Source: Carcharhinus amblyrhynchos | Lineage: Eukaryota | Assembly (NCBI GenBank): GCA_965287045.1 | Contig: OZ336883.1 | Location: 33,356,001 to 33,420,000, forward strand | Direction of reading: 5' to 3' | DNA length: 64,000 nucleotides | Shown: positions 1-11,581 of the stretch, piece after piece | Layout of the letters: the number at the start of each line of letters is the position of its first letter | Numbering within the stretch: the stretch's first letter is position 1 | Notes under the pieces: generated by a model | What the model saw: the letters and a program-made list of their open reading frames with translations, nothing else | Told to the model about the DNA's origin: nothing | Database searches by the model: none | Translations under genes and position numbers: made by a program

Positions 1-656
1 GATAATTCCTCCGAGTCAGTTTCCTTGATGATGTCATTAGTACACACTTTTAAGCAAAGTATCTTGAACAATGAGCAGAAGCAGCGTGTGGCTTAGTGGA
101 ACGGCAGGGATTCTCCCTCAACCTGCTGGGCCTTTCTCTGGTTCCGAAAACTATCAGTGTTAATAATGCATGTAGAGTACATTCAAAATTCTCGCTGATC
201 TTCGAATATTAGAGGTTACAGCCCAGAAATTACAGCTGCTGATAAAAATAAATGGGTTAAAACCTCTATTAACACAGCAGACCAAGGAATACCACGTTGA
301 AACATGAAATACGAACACAGGTTTCTCCGCCAATATATACTTAATTCTTAAATTGATGGTTACAAAGCAGAGGAGGCGAATGGAAAGGTCACTCGGTCTT
401 CATAAATATTGGACTCCACAATAATTATCTGAAAAGACCAAAGACCACGAGGTCAGTTACATGAGTATTAGCTTCTGCCTCTGTGATCACGAGGGCCAGC
501 TAATGAATGCTAAAATAACTGTTTAAAAAACAAAGAACAGCCTCATGACTTTGATATGATGACTTCATCCTTTTCCCCAACCCCCCACCCCACCTCAGTA
601 TTGTTTGAAATGTATAACCAGAGGGGTTGGTGCAATCTGTTGTTCTGTGCACATTT

Positions 657-1110
657 GGGGTGGCACAGTGGTTAGCCTCACAGTGCCAGTTTTAAAGTTT
701 ATTTATTCATGTCACAAGTGGGCTTTCATTAACACTGCAATGAAACTACTGTGAAAATCCCCTAGTCGCCACACTCCAGCGCCTGTTTGGGTACACCGAG
801 GGAGAATTTAGCACGGCCAATGCACCTAACCAGCACGTCTTTCCGGACTGTGGGAAGAAACCGGAGCACCCGGAGGAAACCCACGCAGCACCTGGAGGAG
901 ACACGGGGGAGAACATGCAGACTCCACACAGACAGTCACCCGAGGCCAGAATTAAACCTGTGTCTCTGGCACTGTGAGGCAGTGCTAACCAGTGTGCCAC
1001 CGTGCTGTCCGGGACCTGGGATTGATTACTGGCTTTGATAAGGAGTCTGCATGTTCTTCCCGTGTCTCCCTCAGGTTTTCTGGTTCCTCCCACAGCCCGG
1101 AAAGCTGTGC
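657..1110 (+). mobile_element. Degenerate HE1-like V-SINE head split by a nested SINE (pieces 657-689 and 1011-1110)
   Basis: tggcacagtggttagcctcacagtgccag stops at 689 and resumes as gggacctgggattgatt...ctgcatgttcttcccgtgtct after the insert. Confidence 0.7.
690..1010 (-). mobile_element. V-SINE, tail-B subfamily (HE1-like head with Rex-like tail)
   Basis: Minus strand reads tRNA-like head, gtctgtgtggagtctgcatgttctcc core, then tail ggattttcacagtagtttcattgcagtgttaatg...ttgtgacatgaataaataaac. Confidence 0.9.
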
Positions 1111-1150
1111 ATCCACTGTCCGCTCCCACCCCTAGCTGTTGACACTTGGT

Positions 1151-1420
1151 AAAAAAGAATTTGCATTTATGTAGCATTATTCACAACTGCACTTCATGGC
1201 CACTGAAGTACCTTTTAAGTGTGGCGATGCAGGAAACATGGCCGTCCATTTGTGCGCAGCAAGCTCCCACAAACAGCAACATGAGCAGATTGACTTTATA
1301 ATGACCTGGAGTGAGGGATAAACATTAGCCGGGGATGACTCCCTTGTTTTTCTTCAAAATAGTGCCCGGGGGACCTTTCACGTCAACCTGAGAGCTTTAA
1401 CGTCTGATCTGAATGCTGAG
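1151..1420 (-). mobile_element. Deu-domain SINE (SacSINE1/AmnSINE-like), 3' part
   Basis: Minus strand has gcactattttgaagaa...tttatccctca...tgctgtttgtgggagcttgctgcgcacaaatgg...ataaatgcaaattc, matching the Deu domain and L2-type tail as remembered. Confidence 0.75.
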
Positions 1421-1711
1421 TTATAGTCCCATTATTTCCTATTTATTCTTCAGAGCACAATATATATGTTGTTCTGTTAAGAGTGGAACAAATAACGGTG
1501 TAAGGCAAAGCTATTTCCTTATTCTCCAAAGCCCTGGGTGAGACTTCAGCAAGTCAAAAATGAACCTTTGCTCTATTTTAACAAACGCTGATGAGCAACT
1601 AATTAAAAAGAAAGATTCAAGCTGCAGTATTAAAGGTATCAGTCCACATTGAACCTGGGACACAGGCTAACTAATAAATGAAACTCAGTGAATGACAAAT
1701 ACACAAAGGAT

Positions 1712-2163
1712 AAATTGCTCCTTAATTGTGGGTTTGACGGATTAGTCATGGTAAATGCATGGGGTTACAAAGTCCATTTTTTAGTGTCACAAGTAGGCTT
1801 ACATTAACACCGCAGTGAAGTTACTGTGAAAATCCCCTAGTCTCCATAGTCCGGCACCAATTCGGGTACGCTGAAGGAGAATTTAGCGTGGCCAATGCAT
1901 CTAATCAGCACGTCTTTCAGACTGTGGGAGGAAACCCATGCAAACGTGGGGAGAATGTGCAGATTCCGCACAGACAGCGACCCAAGCCGGAAATCGAACC
2001 CCTGTCCCCGACGCAGTGAGACAGCAGTGCTAACCACCACTCCGCCTTTACAGGGATAAGGCTTGAGAGTTGGCCTGGGCAAGATGCTCTGTCAAAGAGT
2101 CGATGCAGACTTGATAGGCCGAATGGCCTCTTCTGCACTGTAGGGATTATATGATCCTATGAT
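1712..2163 (+). mobile_element. HE1-like SINE 3' part (CR1-type tail), split by a nested SINE
   Basis: ggtaaatgcatggggttaca | cagggataagg...gcagacttgataggccgaatggcctcttctgcactgtagggattatatgat; ttaca duplicated at 1765-1769 and 2048-2052. Confidence 0.8.
1770..2047 (-). mobile_element. V-SINE, tail-B subfamily
   Basis: Same head, core and tail as 690-1010; flanked by a ttaca duplication. Confidence 0.9.
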
Positions 2164-2595
2164 ACAGAAAGGAAAAAGTCAATGTCTACCAGAATATTCT
2201 GAAGGGGGTGCTATCTTATCCCTGTCAGCAGTGAATTCTTAAACACACTTAACAAGATACAACAGCACCCCAGGGAACATGTGTAAATCAGCACATCTTG
2301 CATATATAAACAACAGGAAATGTCAATCGCAGCAAACATTCGTGATGTAGAATCTATCAACGTAGGCATTTTGAGAAAATCTGGCAGATGTATAAAAGGG
2401 GCAAAAACATATAATCATTAACATTTCCATTGGTATGACGTCTGGTAATATTTACTGACATAAATGAGGCAGACAGCGATTTCTAAAGACTTGTGCTTAT
2501 ATACTATATTGTCAGGGCTTCACAGATAATTAATTCATTTAAAATACAACATTCATTATGAAGGCCAACGCCACGCAAATACCATTCAGCAATCT

Positions 2596-2890
2596 GGGGA
2601 CCGACGGTGGTACAGAATAATGGTAATGATACTAGTCTAGAAATCCAGAGGAGCAGGCTAAGGTTCGGGAGCCAGGGTTCAAATCCCACCATGGCATCTG
2701 GATGGGATTGGAATTCGGGATTACGAAGCTAGTCTCAGCCATGGTGGACGTGTAAATTCTCCTATCCTTATCTGTTCGGCCCCATTGGTCGGCCTCTGGC
2801 AAGGTCAGTTCAAAGTCCATTAGGGATGAGTCACACTACTAGCCTTGCTAGTGATGCCCATATCCCCTGAAAGAATAAAGGAAAAAAACA
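2596..2890 (+). mobile_element. tRNA-derived SINE with CR1/L2-group tail (related to 24412-24765)
   Basis: B box gggttcaaatccc; tail gccttgctagtgatgcccatatcccctgaaagaataaag followed by an A-rich end. Confidence 0.65.
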
Positions 2891-3000
2891 AGGTGATTAA
2901 CCAATGAATCAATTTTTAGTGGCAATTTAGACAAAGGAAATTGGCAGGAGACTTCCTTCTTTTTTCCAATCATATCGTGAGACCTTTAATGTCTTTAATT

Positions 3001-3098
3001 AAGCACAGTAGGAAGTCTCACAATGCCAGGTTAAAGTCCAATGGCATTATTTGGAATCACGAGCTTTCGGAGCACTGCTCCTTCATCAGGTGAGTTTA
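3001..3098 (-). mobile_element. Penelope-like element terminal (pseudo-LTR) fragment
   Basis: cacagtaggaagtctcacaatgccaggttaaagtccaa is shared with 30508 and 50225; carries a hammerhead; flanked by aattaagca at 2997-3005 and 3099-3107. Confidence 0.7.
3057..3093 (-). ncRNA. Minimal type I hammerhead ribozyme
   Basis: Minus strand UCAC-CUGAUGA-A-GGAGC-AGU-GCUCC-GAAA-GC-UC-GUGA: intact core, perfect 5-bp stem II, 4-bp stem I, palindromic AGCU stem III. Confidence 0.8.
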
Positions 3099-3276
3099 AA
3101 TTAAGCAGAACAGGCAGACAGGAGCTGATTTTAAATCTCCTCTGATGGAGGTATCTAGAAAGATGACTACACCTTGAGGATTACATTGTAATGTCAGCCA
3201 AAATTATAAGGTTGTAACCTAATCACTTCTATGATCAATTTAATATAAAGCCAAGAGGGATTTACTGAAATTTTTT

Positions 3277-3570
3277 GTTATGTTTATTTATTAGTGTCAC
3301 AAGTGGGCTTAACTTAATATTGCAATGAAGTTGCAGTGAAAATCCCCTAGTTGCCATGCTGTGGCCCCTGTTCGGGTACACTGAGGGAGAATTTAGCATA
3401 GCCAATGCACCTAACTAGACTGTGGGAGGAAACCGGAGCGCCGGAGGAAACTCACCCAGACACAGGGACAATTGCAAACTCCACACTGACAGTCAGTCGA
3501 GGCCAGAATTGTACCCGGGTCCCTGGTGCTGTGAGGCAGCAGTGCTAACCACTGTGCCAACATGCCGTCC
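3277..3570 (-). mobile_element. V-SINE, tail-B subfamily
   Basis: Head, core and tail-B as in 690-1010. Confidence 0.9.
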
Positions 3571-3649
3571 TCGTAACCAGTGAAGGATAGCAAGACATTT
3601 CACGGACATATCTATTAACAAAATCAAGCACAGCCACACTCACAAGCTA

Positions 3650-3844
3650 AGGAGCAATTTACCATAGCCAATGCACCTAACTAGCATGACTTTCAGACTG
3701 TGGGAGGAAACTGGAGCACCTGGAGGCAATCCATGCAGACATAGGGAAAACGTACAAACTCCACACAGACAGTAACCCAAGTTGGGAATCATACCCGGAT
3801 CCCTGACACTGTGAGGTGGCAGTGCTAACCACTGTGCCACCGTG
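3650..3844 (-). mobile_element. HE1-like V-SINE, 3'-truncated
   Basis: Head and V core present; no tail. Confidence 0.85.
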
Positions 3845-4049
3845 AAGATACAAATGCCTAAATATTTATAGTGATCTGTATGGAATGAACCTAATTTTCT
3901 TCAGAGTTCAGTTCATCTGCCCAGAGTTAGCTTATTTTTAAAGCCAAGATTGAAAATCTAACCCCAGCTTTAACAGCAGGCTTATAAATCTGCCTCAATT
4001 CCCTGAAGACTTAGGTGTGTCCCAGCTACTAATTGGATTAAGGAAATTG

Positions 4050-4470
4050 GAGGATGAAGCCTATAATGGAAATGTTACTGGACTCGTAACCCATAGGCCT
4101 AGATTAATGCTCTGGAGACATGACTTTCAATTCCCACCACTGGAACTGGGGAATTTCAATTCAATTAACTAATAAATCTGGAATAAAATACTAATCTTAT
4201 TAAAAATGAGCATGAAAATATCTGATTCTTGTAAAATCCCATCCGGTTAATTTATGTTCTAAAGGAGAGGAAATCTGCTGTTCTGGTCTGGCCTACACAT
4301 GACTCAAGATCCACAGCAACGTGGTTCACTGATCTCTGAAATGGCCACTTGCTTATGTCAAACAGCGACAATGAAAAAACACTGCGGCTATTGCTTCAAT
4401 ACAAGATTTAATGGCTCAAGAAGGCAGATCATGACCATCTTCTCAAGGCCAGTGAGGAGTGGACAATAAG
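4050..4470 (+). mobile_element. tRNA-derived SINE with MetaSINE-like central domain
   Basis: ggaaatctgctgttctggtctggcctacacatgactcaagatccacagcaacgtgg, then LINE-type tail ctcaagaaggcagatcatgaccatcttctcaagg. Confidence 0.65.
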
Positions 4471-4735
4471 CATTTTTAAAATTTGTTTATAAGATGTGGA
4501 CATCGCTGATGAAGCCCATGTTTATTTTCCCTATTGTCCTTGAGAAGACGGCAGTGAGCTACCTACTTGAACCGCTGCAGTCCCTATGGGGTGGTTACAC
4601 CCAGAGTGCTGTTAGGAAGGGAGTTCCAGGATTTTGACCCAGCGACTGCAAAGAAACTGCAATATATTTCCAGGTCAGGATGGTGAACAACTTGGAGAGG
4701 AACTTCCAGGCGATGGTGTTCCCCTCCAAGTCACT
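4471..4735 (-). mobile_element. CR1/L2-group LINE 3' end (family of 13178-15486)
   Basis: Reverse complement matches 15240-15480 (accatcctgacctggaaatatattgc...ctgcagcggttcaag). Confidence 0.8.
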
Positions 4736-5281
4736 TTTTGGCCTTGCTCGCATGCCATGTACAAATAAAAATAACTTACCTGTACTCACAAGGTTTCAAG
4801 CATAGGTTGCACTGATTAATCATCATAAAGACTATTAGTAGGAGCAGATACACCAGTATTACACTGGTAGTGATTGGGTTTTATTAAAGAGTGCATGTTG
4901 TATTACTAAACCTCTACCATTTTTCCCCAGTAGTGGGTACAGTGCTATATTCCTGGAAAATTGATGTCCCATTCCAATAACTTGGCAGCAGAAATAACAT
5001 ATAGACCAGAACTCTACCACCTTGCTCGCTATGGAATCGGAGTGGGTGAATACCCAACAAGGGAAATCTCCATTGGCCTCAGGTGGAAATTTCCGGTCTG
5101 ATCTGAGTGAGGCCATAAAATTCCGCCCAGTTTTGTTCCATTCCGATATTTGCAGCCTGAGATTTCAGGCAGAATTTCCTGCCTCTTTTCGTGAATCTGG
5201 TAGAAGTATGACAGAATAGGAAAAAAAAATGGAAACGATTTCAGCATTTTGCTAATTATTCCGATTTGTTCCACGCTCTTT

Positions 5282-5416
5282 GGCCAGGATATTACCACCA
5301 TTCTCGGCGACAGGATTTTCCCATCCCGCTGCAGTGAGGGAAGATTTGGCTGGACTCCAAATTCTCTGACCTCGCTGCAGCAGGAGTGTGGCGTGAATAG
5401 CAGGTAAGATCATGTT
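5282..5416. mobile_element. Harbinger-like MITE
   Basis: Internal gctgcagtga...agatttggctg...ccaaattctc shared with 32587-32713 and 35280-35408; imperfect terminal inverted repeats. Confidence 0.55.
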
Positions 5417-5473
5417 ATTTAATGTCCTGAGCAAGCTTCATTGCCAAGTGGTTTCTAAGAGAGAATCTGCACA

Positions 5474-5722
5474 TGGTCACTGTCTGTGTGGAGTTTGCAT
5501 GTTCTCCCGGTGTCTGCATGGGTTTCCTCTGGGTGCTCAGGTTTCCTCCCACAGTCCAAAGATGTGTCAGTTAGGTTGATTGGCCATGCTAAATTGCCCG
5601 TACTGTCATGGAGATTAACAGAGTAAATGTGTGGGATAACGAAAATAGGGCCTGGATGGGATTGTGGTCGGTGCATACTTGATGGGCCGAATGGCCTCCT
5701 TCTGCGCTGTAGGGATTCTATC
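5474..5722 (+). mobile_element. HE1-like SINE, 5'-truncated, CR1-type tail
   Basis: V core plus tail gatgggccgaatggcctccttctgcgctgtagggattctat. Confidence 0.9.
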
Positions 5723-6832
5723 AATCCAGGAGAGATTGGGGGTTAAAGCCCAGATAGCCAATACAAGTTTAGCCTCCCAATATTATTAATGCTCCTCTGT
5801 AAAGTGAGAAGATTTCAACAATATAGGCTTCCAATTACATTTTCTTAAACCATAAAAATTAACAGTGCCTGTTAATGATGAAATACAGCCCATTACTGAC
5901 AAAGGAAAGCAGGGCAGAAATCAAAGCTTTTTATGGTGAACTTATTTGATGGGGTCTTTTGTTTCCAGTACTCATATTGCTGACCTTCCCTTTGGTCCGC
6001 TCCGCTGTTGACTATTTAATTATTTTCCAAATCATGAAATTTCCTCTCGCTTTGCTTCCTTCCATACAATTTCTCTAATGGGCTCAAATGCTAATTGCAG
6101 ACGGCCAGGGTTTTAAGGCAACTGTGAATCTAATCAGCATAATCAGTGGTCACATTTCTGGTTCTGCGATCACGTTCGGTTTGGTGCAGAAATCAAAACC
6201 CGGATAACCCAAAAATAAAACTGAGGCTGATAATCAAACAGGATAGGTAAGGAAAGTAGAATAAAAGAAGAAACACAGCAGGGTAGATCTGAAAGTGATT
6301 AGCATCTATGATGTAACCCTTCACTGGAACTCCCTTAGACTCACAGCACAAAAACTGGTCAGCCTATTTTTCTGCTTCCAGATATAAATTGGCTTGCTGT
6401 GCATTGCCAGCACTTTTTTGCTTCATTTTGAAATCCTGCCTTCCCACATTGTAATGTACACATGCCCTTTTTAAACTACAGAAGCAGATGGGAATATGCT
6501 GTTAACTGAATCTTCATGGTCATTTGCTTGTCTTTCATCATAGTGGTTAATGCTGTTATGCTACACTCATAATAAAATGCCGTGGCATTTGCAAAATGCA
6601 TTAGGGCTACAGGAACACACTCAATACCTGTATCGCTTGCAGATTTTAATCACCCAGAGTAGACACCCTGATTTATTTTGTGCAGCACGGTGATGAACAT
6701 TGCACCAAAGCTCTTAATGTTACACTGCTAAAGAATAACGTTATTCTTTAACTAACGTGCAAACACAGAAGAAAACTATCCATAGCATAAACTTCATTGT
6801 AACCGAATATCAACCATCATCTTAATTGACAA

Positions 6833-6870
6833 CATTGCCATCTAGTGGAAGTACATTGAATACTACAGCG
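6833..6870 (-). promoter_or_regulatory. Candidate CTCF binding site
   Basis: Minus strand gctgtagtattcaatgtacttCCACTAGATGGCAatg matches core CCASYAGRKGGCR, with an upstream TGYAGT-like module. Confidence 0.55.
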
Positions 6871-7598
6871 AGGCAATTATCTCCCAACTTATATCCTCTG
6901 AAAAAGAAATGGCTCAGGATACGACCAATTAAGATTTACTTGGCACAGAGCTATATAACTAAAATCAGGCTTTTTTGTTTCATATTCATTGCTTAATTTG
7001 TACCATCCTCTAATCTCTAACATCATTACAGGAACACTATTTTGCCCCAGTTCATTACGCCATTACACATTTTAAGCTTCATTAATTTACTTCTATCAGA
7101 AGTTTTCCCTGGTACCACTGGAAGCCTTAAGCTGAGATCTAGATGGTGTGAAATGCAAACTTTGACTTTCTGTTTTTTTTATGAAAATTAATCACTTCCC
7201 CCTTATTGATTCTGTAGCAGAAAATACACAGGCTGAAAGCTGTTTTCAGCTCGACTTCCTGGAGTCAAAATGGATCTTAATGAATTTTTCAATCAATTTT
7301 CTAATACAAACACGCAGTTTAACGACCTGGTTTTTGTCACTGCTCTGGGTGAATATGCTTGGCTCTGGGTTATAATGCTAATGGCACTTGGTATGTGGAA
7401 AAATCATTTCACAAGTTATGACTAATTTACAGGACGCATGTCAACCATCTCAAAATGCACCATGCTACAGTATTAAATGTACTGCCGGTGGTTAAACAAT
7501 GCATTGAACCAGTTTGTATTTGTACTGAGTGTTAGAACATAGTAACACATTATAACAAATGTACTTACTTCAGCCTTGACCAGACTAGAAACAATATA

Positions 7599-7907
7599 GA
7601 GAATCATGGAATCCCTAGTGCAGAAGGAGGCCTTTCGGCCCATCGAGTCTGCACCAACTCTTATTCAGGTTTACCTCATAACCGCACAGATTTACCTTGG
7701 TAATCCCCCTAATCTATATATCTTGGGACACTAAGGGGCAATTTTGCATGACCTATCAGTAGGAGGAAACAAGAGCACCCAGAAGAAACCCACACAGACA
7801 CGGAGAGGATGTGCAAACTCCACACAGGCAGTCACCCAGTCCCAGAATCGAACTTGTGTCACTGGCGCTGTGAGGCAGCAGTGCTAACCGCTGTGCCACT
7901 GTGCTGC
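7599..7907 (-). mobile_element. HE1-like SINE, CR1-type tail
   Basis: Full head, core with internal deletion, and tail. Confidence 0.9.
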
Positions 7908-8029
7908 TCAAATGCTTTCCACAAGTTGGGTACTCGATGCCTGCCCATTGCACATGCATCTCACTTCCCAAAGCACATTTGTGTAATTTCCTTACATTCC
8001 AATTCTCTTCCTGCACTTAGTGGTGCACT

Positions 8030-8268
8030 AAGACAAACTTTTATCTGTTTCCATATGGGTCACTAGTCTGTCACCAAAGGCTTACAGCTCGAGAGGCACC
8101 ACTCCATGTCAAGCCTGGCTGACCAGGAGTCTCTCTCACTCTTACCGCCAGCCAACTTGCTTGGCCGCATTATGAATGCACCTTCCTTGGCCATCAAGTC
8201 CTGAGGTGGGACTAGAATCCTGAGCTTCTGGTTCAGAGGCAGGGACGCTACCTCCTACAAGACCTCCT
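8030..8268 (-). mobile_element. Second tRNA-derived SINE family (copy 1)
   Basis: Minus head gaggtcttgtagg...gcgtccctgcctctgaaccagaagctcaggattctagtcccac; homologous to 11960-12181. Confidence 0.7.
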
Positions 8269-8614
8269 AAGTGCCTTAAAGTTATGGTTTTATTAGTAAC
8301 AAACATGTAGAAACAATCTCTCTAATGATTAATATGTGACTTTCAAGTTCTGAATCGACTTCTTGCTAGGAGTACCATGCTACCAAAACCTAATGCGGTT
8401 TTCAAGATTCTAAGGATCATGGTTTAGCTGAACCCTAAGAAGTTTCTTGACATAACCACTTATATTCCAGCTAAGCTGAGAAAGGGAAGATGAGCAGACA
8501 CTTTACCTCGGTCATGAAGAGAGTGATGAATATGTAAAAGAGTTGCACGGTGGGGTGACATGGACACAGGGAATCTGAGCAAATTCTGGTGAAATTGGAA
8601 ATGAAAAGAGGGAC

Positions 8615-8714
8615 ACTGGAATTTTCCATGCGGGGGTGCGGACCATGCAAAGGTCGTTGACTTTGGACGGGATTTTCTGGTTTTGGGACGAGTGCAGCCA
8701 GAAAATCCCACCCC
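8615..8714. mobile_element. Harbinger-like MITE
   Basis: ggaccatgcaaaggtcgttgac...gggattttctgg...gaaaatcccacccc, shared with 44069-44215 and 51733-51859. Confidence 0.6.
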
Positions 8715-8927
8715 GCCAGGAGTGTTACACAGCATTTTGAACCCGCCTGATAGGCCATGGCAATTTATCGAGCCCTGAACATTTCAATGCTCCCAGACTT
8801 TGTTCCTTCAATTGAATCAAAATAAGCATTTTATCTGAGGTTGCATATCTTCATCAAGTCTAATTTATTTTAGAAGCAAATATTTTCCCTTGCATATTTA
8901 AGAATTTTTTCTCACACTCAACACATG

Positions 8928-9222
8928 AGGCAGCACAGTTAGCACTGCTGCTTCACAGCGCCAGGGGTGTGGGTTCGATGCACGGGTCACTGTCTGTGTG
9001 GAGTTTGCACATTCTCCCCGTGTCTGCATGGGTTTCCTCCCAGTGCTCTGGTTTCCTCCCACAGTCCAAAGATGTGTGGGTTAGGTGGATTGGCCACGCT
9101 AAATTGTTCCTTACCATCAGGGGGACTGGCTTGGGTAAATGCATGGGATAAGGGCCTGGGTGGGACTGTGGTGGACACAGACTTGATGGGCCAAATGGCC
9201 CTCTTCTGCACTGTAGGATCCT
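8928..9222 (+). mobile_element. HE1-like SINE, CR1-type tail
   Basis: Head with gggttcgat B box, core and tail. Confidence 0.9.
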
Positions 9223-11129
9223 AAGAACAAGAAATGTGTACATTGATCGATGCCAAGGATACCACTGGAAATCACAAGGTAAAATGAAGTGGCTCCATAA
9301 TAGTTAAGCAGCATCCTGAGCATTTATCTGACACAGGCAGACAAATGCCACAGCTGCGGTGCCAATATAGCACTGAATTTCAAAGTCATTCTGATGCATA
9401 AACACGTTTAAACTTTAATAGCGTGATGATATTGACTGTAACGGTGTCCCTGCAGTGAAAGCATGAATTTCTTCGTAATAATACATAGCAGAGGAACCAC
9501 ACTGGGAGGGATGGGGGGGTGGTGTCCAAAGCTGATTGCAAGACACAAGCAGCCACTCTGTGTGTGTGTGTGTAAAATAAAAACAAGAAACTGTGTTGTT
9601 ATATCTGAAGGCTGAAATTCCTATCATATTGCATGCCAGCCTCAGCTGAGTTTCAGATTGGGCTTGTGGAATGGAAAGGAGGGAGGCAAAATGCAAATGG
9701 CAATTGTATCAATGAATATTTTAGAAATGTGAGTGACAAATCACAGGTGGTAATAAAAGAGCAAATTCCCTCTGCAACCAGGGGTTTTGTTAGAAATTAG
9801 ACTCAGCATTAGGTTTCACTGGCAGGACGCAACTGCAGCAGAGGGTAGCATTTGATTAAACAAAATGTGTAAGCTGCTATTTATATATATAAAAAAGGGG
9901 AGATTATTACATTCTTAAAGAGTTGAACTAATTCCTTCTGAAATCCTCCTGCGATGATAACATTTATTTAGAGCGTTGAACTTTTATCCTAGCGCACCGT
10001 GTGGATGTAAAATGACAGCAAAAGCTAATCCTTAACAATATTGTTCGTGCATTGCAATTATCTCCTCTGTGTCTTTTGTTGCACAGATCTGTCCAGCTGC
10101 TCTCTGAAGCTTACCATAGGGGTTAGTATTCAATTCCCAGGGTCTGTCATACATTTCTGATACTCTGAGACCTCAATTCATCTTCCTGTCATATTCCGCC
10201 ATCACCTAACCAGGCTATTTTACAATAAGGATTATCTTTAAAAAGCACAACAGAATAATCATCTTCCTTGTCATCTGAAAAATACAAATGCTTTACGGTT
10301 CAGTGAAAATTCCACCTGAATATCGGCGGTTATCCTTTTTGAACTGTTGTCTTGTTTCATCGAATATTTATGAATTGACTTTTGTGATGATAATGATCTT
10401 CCTAATTGTGTGTTTCGTATTGGTTTGCACCATACACAGGATGAAATGCTGGTTAAATGTCCCAATGAGGTGTCTAAATATTTGGGGTTACGCTCATCTT
10501 TGATGTGCATCCTATTTCCCCAGCTCATGTGCTAAAATTGCCTTAATGGTTTTATATTGCAGATATTAAAGAATGCATAACTGGAAGCATTATGGATAAA
10601 GCAAAAACTTAACCCTTTGAGGACACATAATGGTATTGCTGCACTGGATCATTTGAGTGTGTGAGATTTTTCAGTGCACTGTTACAAAGGTATGTCCAAG
10701 TCCAATTATCTTTCCACATTTTTGACTGTTTCCCTAGTGTTAGGATACCAGATCAGAAACCCCAGGGTATATTGTAAAGCCAGACTAGATCCCAACAATT
10801 TGCTATTTTGGCATTACTGTGAGGATACGATGTCTCACTCCACCCATGATTTTACTGGCACACTAGGGAGCTTTTAAAAAAACAACTTTTACTTAATAAT
10901 GTGGTTTAACCATAACAAATGAAGTAGCTTAACTTTTAAGAATTGACCAATACTTAAACATGACAATATATTAGTCTGAGCTGCTATCCTATTACTACGA
11001 GTTCCAATTCAAGCAATATGCCTCTTATAGAAATTATTAGTTAGCAAAACACAGATATACTTACTGTGACTTAAGCTATCAGGCTTGGCGTTTTCAGGAG
11101 AGGGAGAGAGAAAGAGACATAGAGGCGCT

Positions 11130-11254
11130 GGGTGTGATTTTCCAGCCATACACTCCAAGGTCAGAATATCCCACCTGAGGCCAATGAACCTTTGAATGGT
11201 CCGTGTCCCATCTGCTACGATTCCCATGGTGGGTGGGATGGGAAAATTGTGCCC
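11130..11254. mobile_element. Harbinger-like MITE
   Basis: TIRs gggtgtgattttcc / ggaaaattgtgccc. Confidence 0.6.
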
Positions 11255-11272
11255 TCTGTGTCTTCAGGCAGC

Positions 11273-11581
11273 CATAGAAACATAGAACATTACAGCACAG
11301 TACAGGCCCTTCGGCCCTCAAATGTTGTTCCGAGCTATGTCCAATCCCAAGATCAAGCTATCCCCTCCCTATAATTCTGGAGTGCTCCATGTGTCTATTC
11401 AATAACCGCTTGAAAGTTCCTAAAGTGTCCGACTCCACTATCACAGCAGGCAGTCTATTCCACACCCCAACCACTCGCTGAGTGAAAAATCTATCTCAGA
11501 CATCCCTCCTATATCTCCCACCATGAACCTTATAGTTATGCCCCCCAGTAACAGCTACATCTACCCAAGCGAATAGTCTCC
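11273..11581 (-). mobile_element. CR1 LINE 3' end
   Basis: Closely similar (reverse complement) to 62500-62806; ends in ttctatg repeats. Confidence 0.9.

Noticed and set aside
746-1177. Recurrent short ORFs such as WLALLPHS..CLCGVCTFSPCL throughout the window
   Set aside because: They are translations of SINE copies, not genes
6190-6246. Possible exon ending ggatag|gtaagg
   Set aside because: Mediocre acceptor, unrecognised peptide, adjacent to degraded repeat sequence
9559-9573. (TG)7 microsatellite
   Set aside because: Short and ordinary
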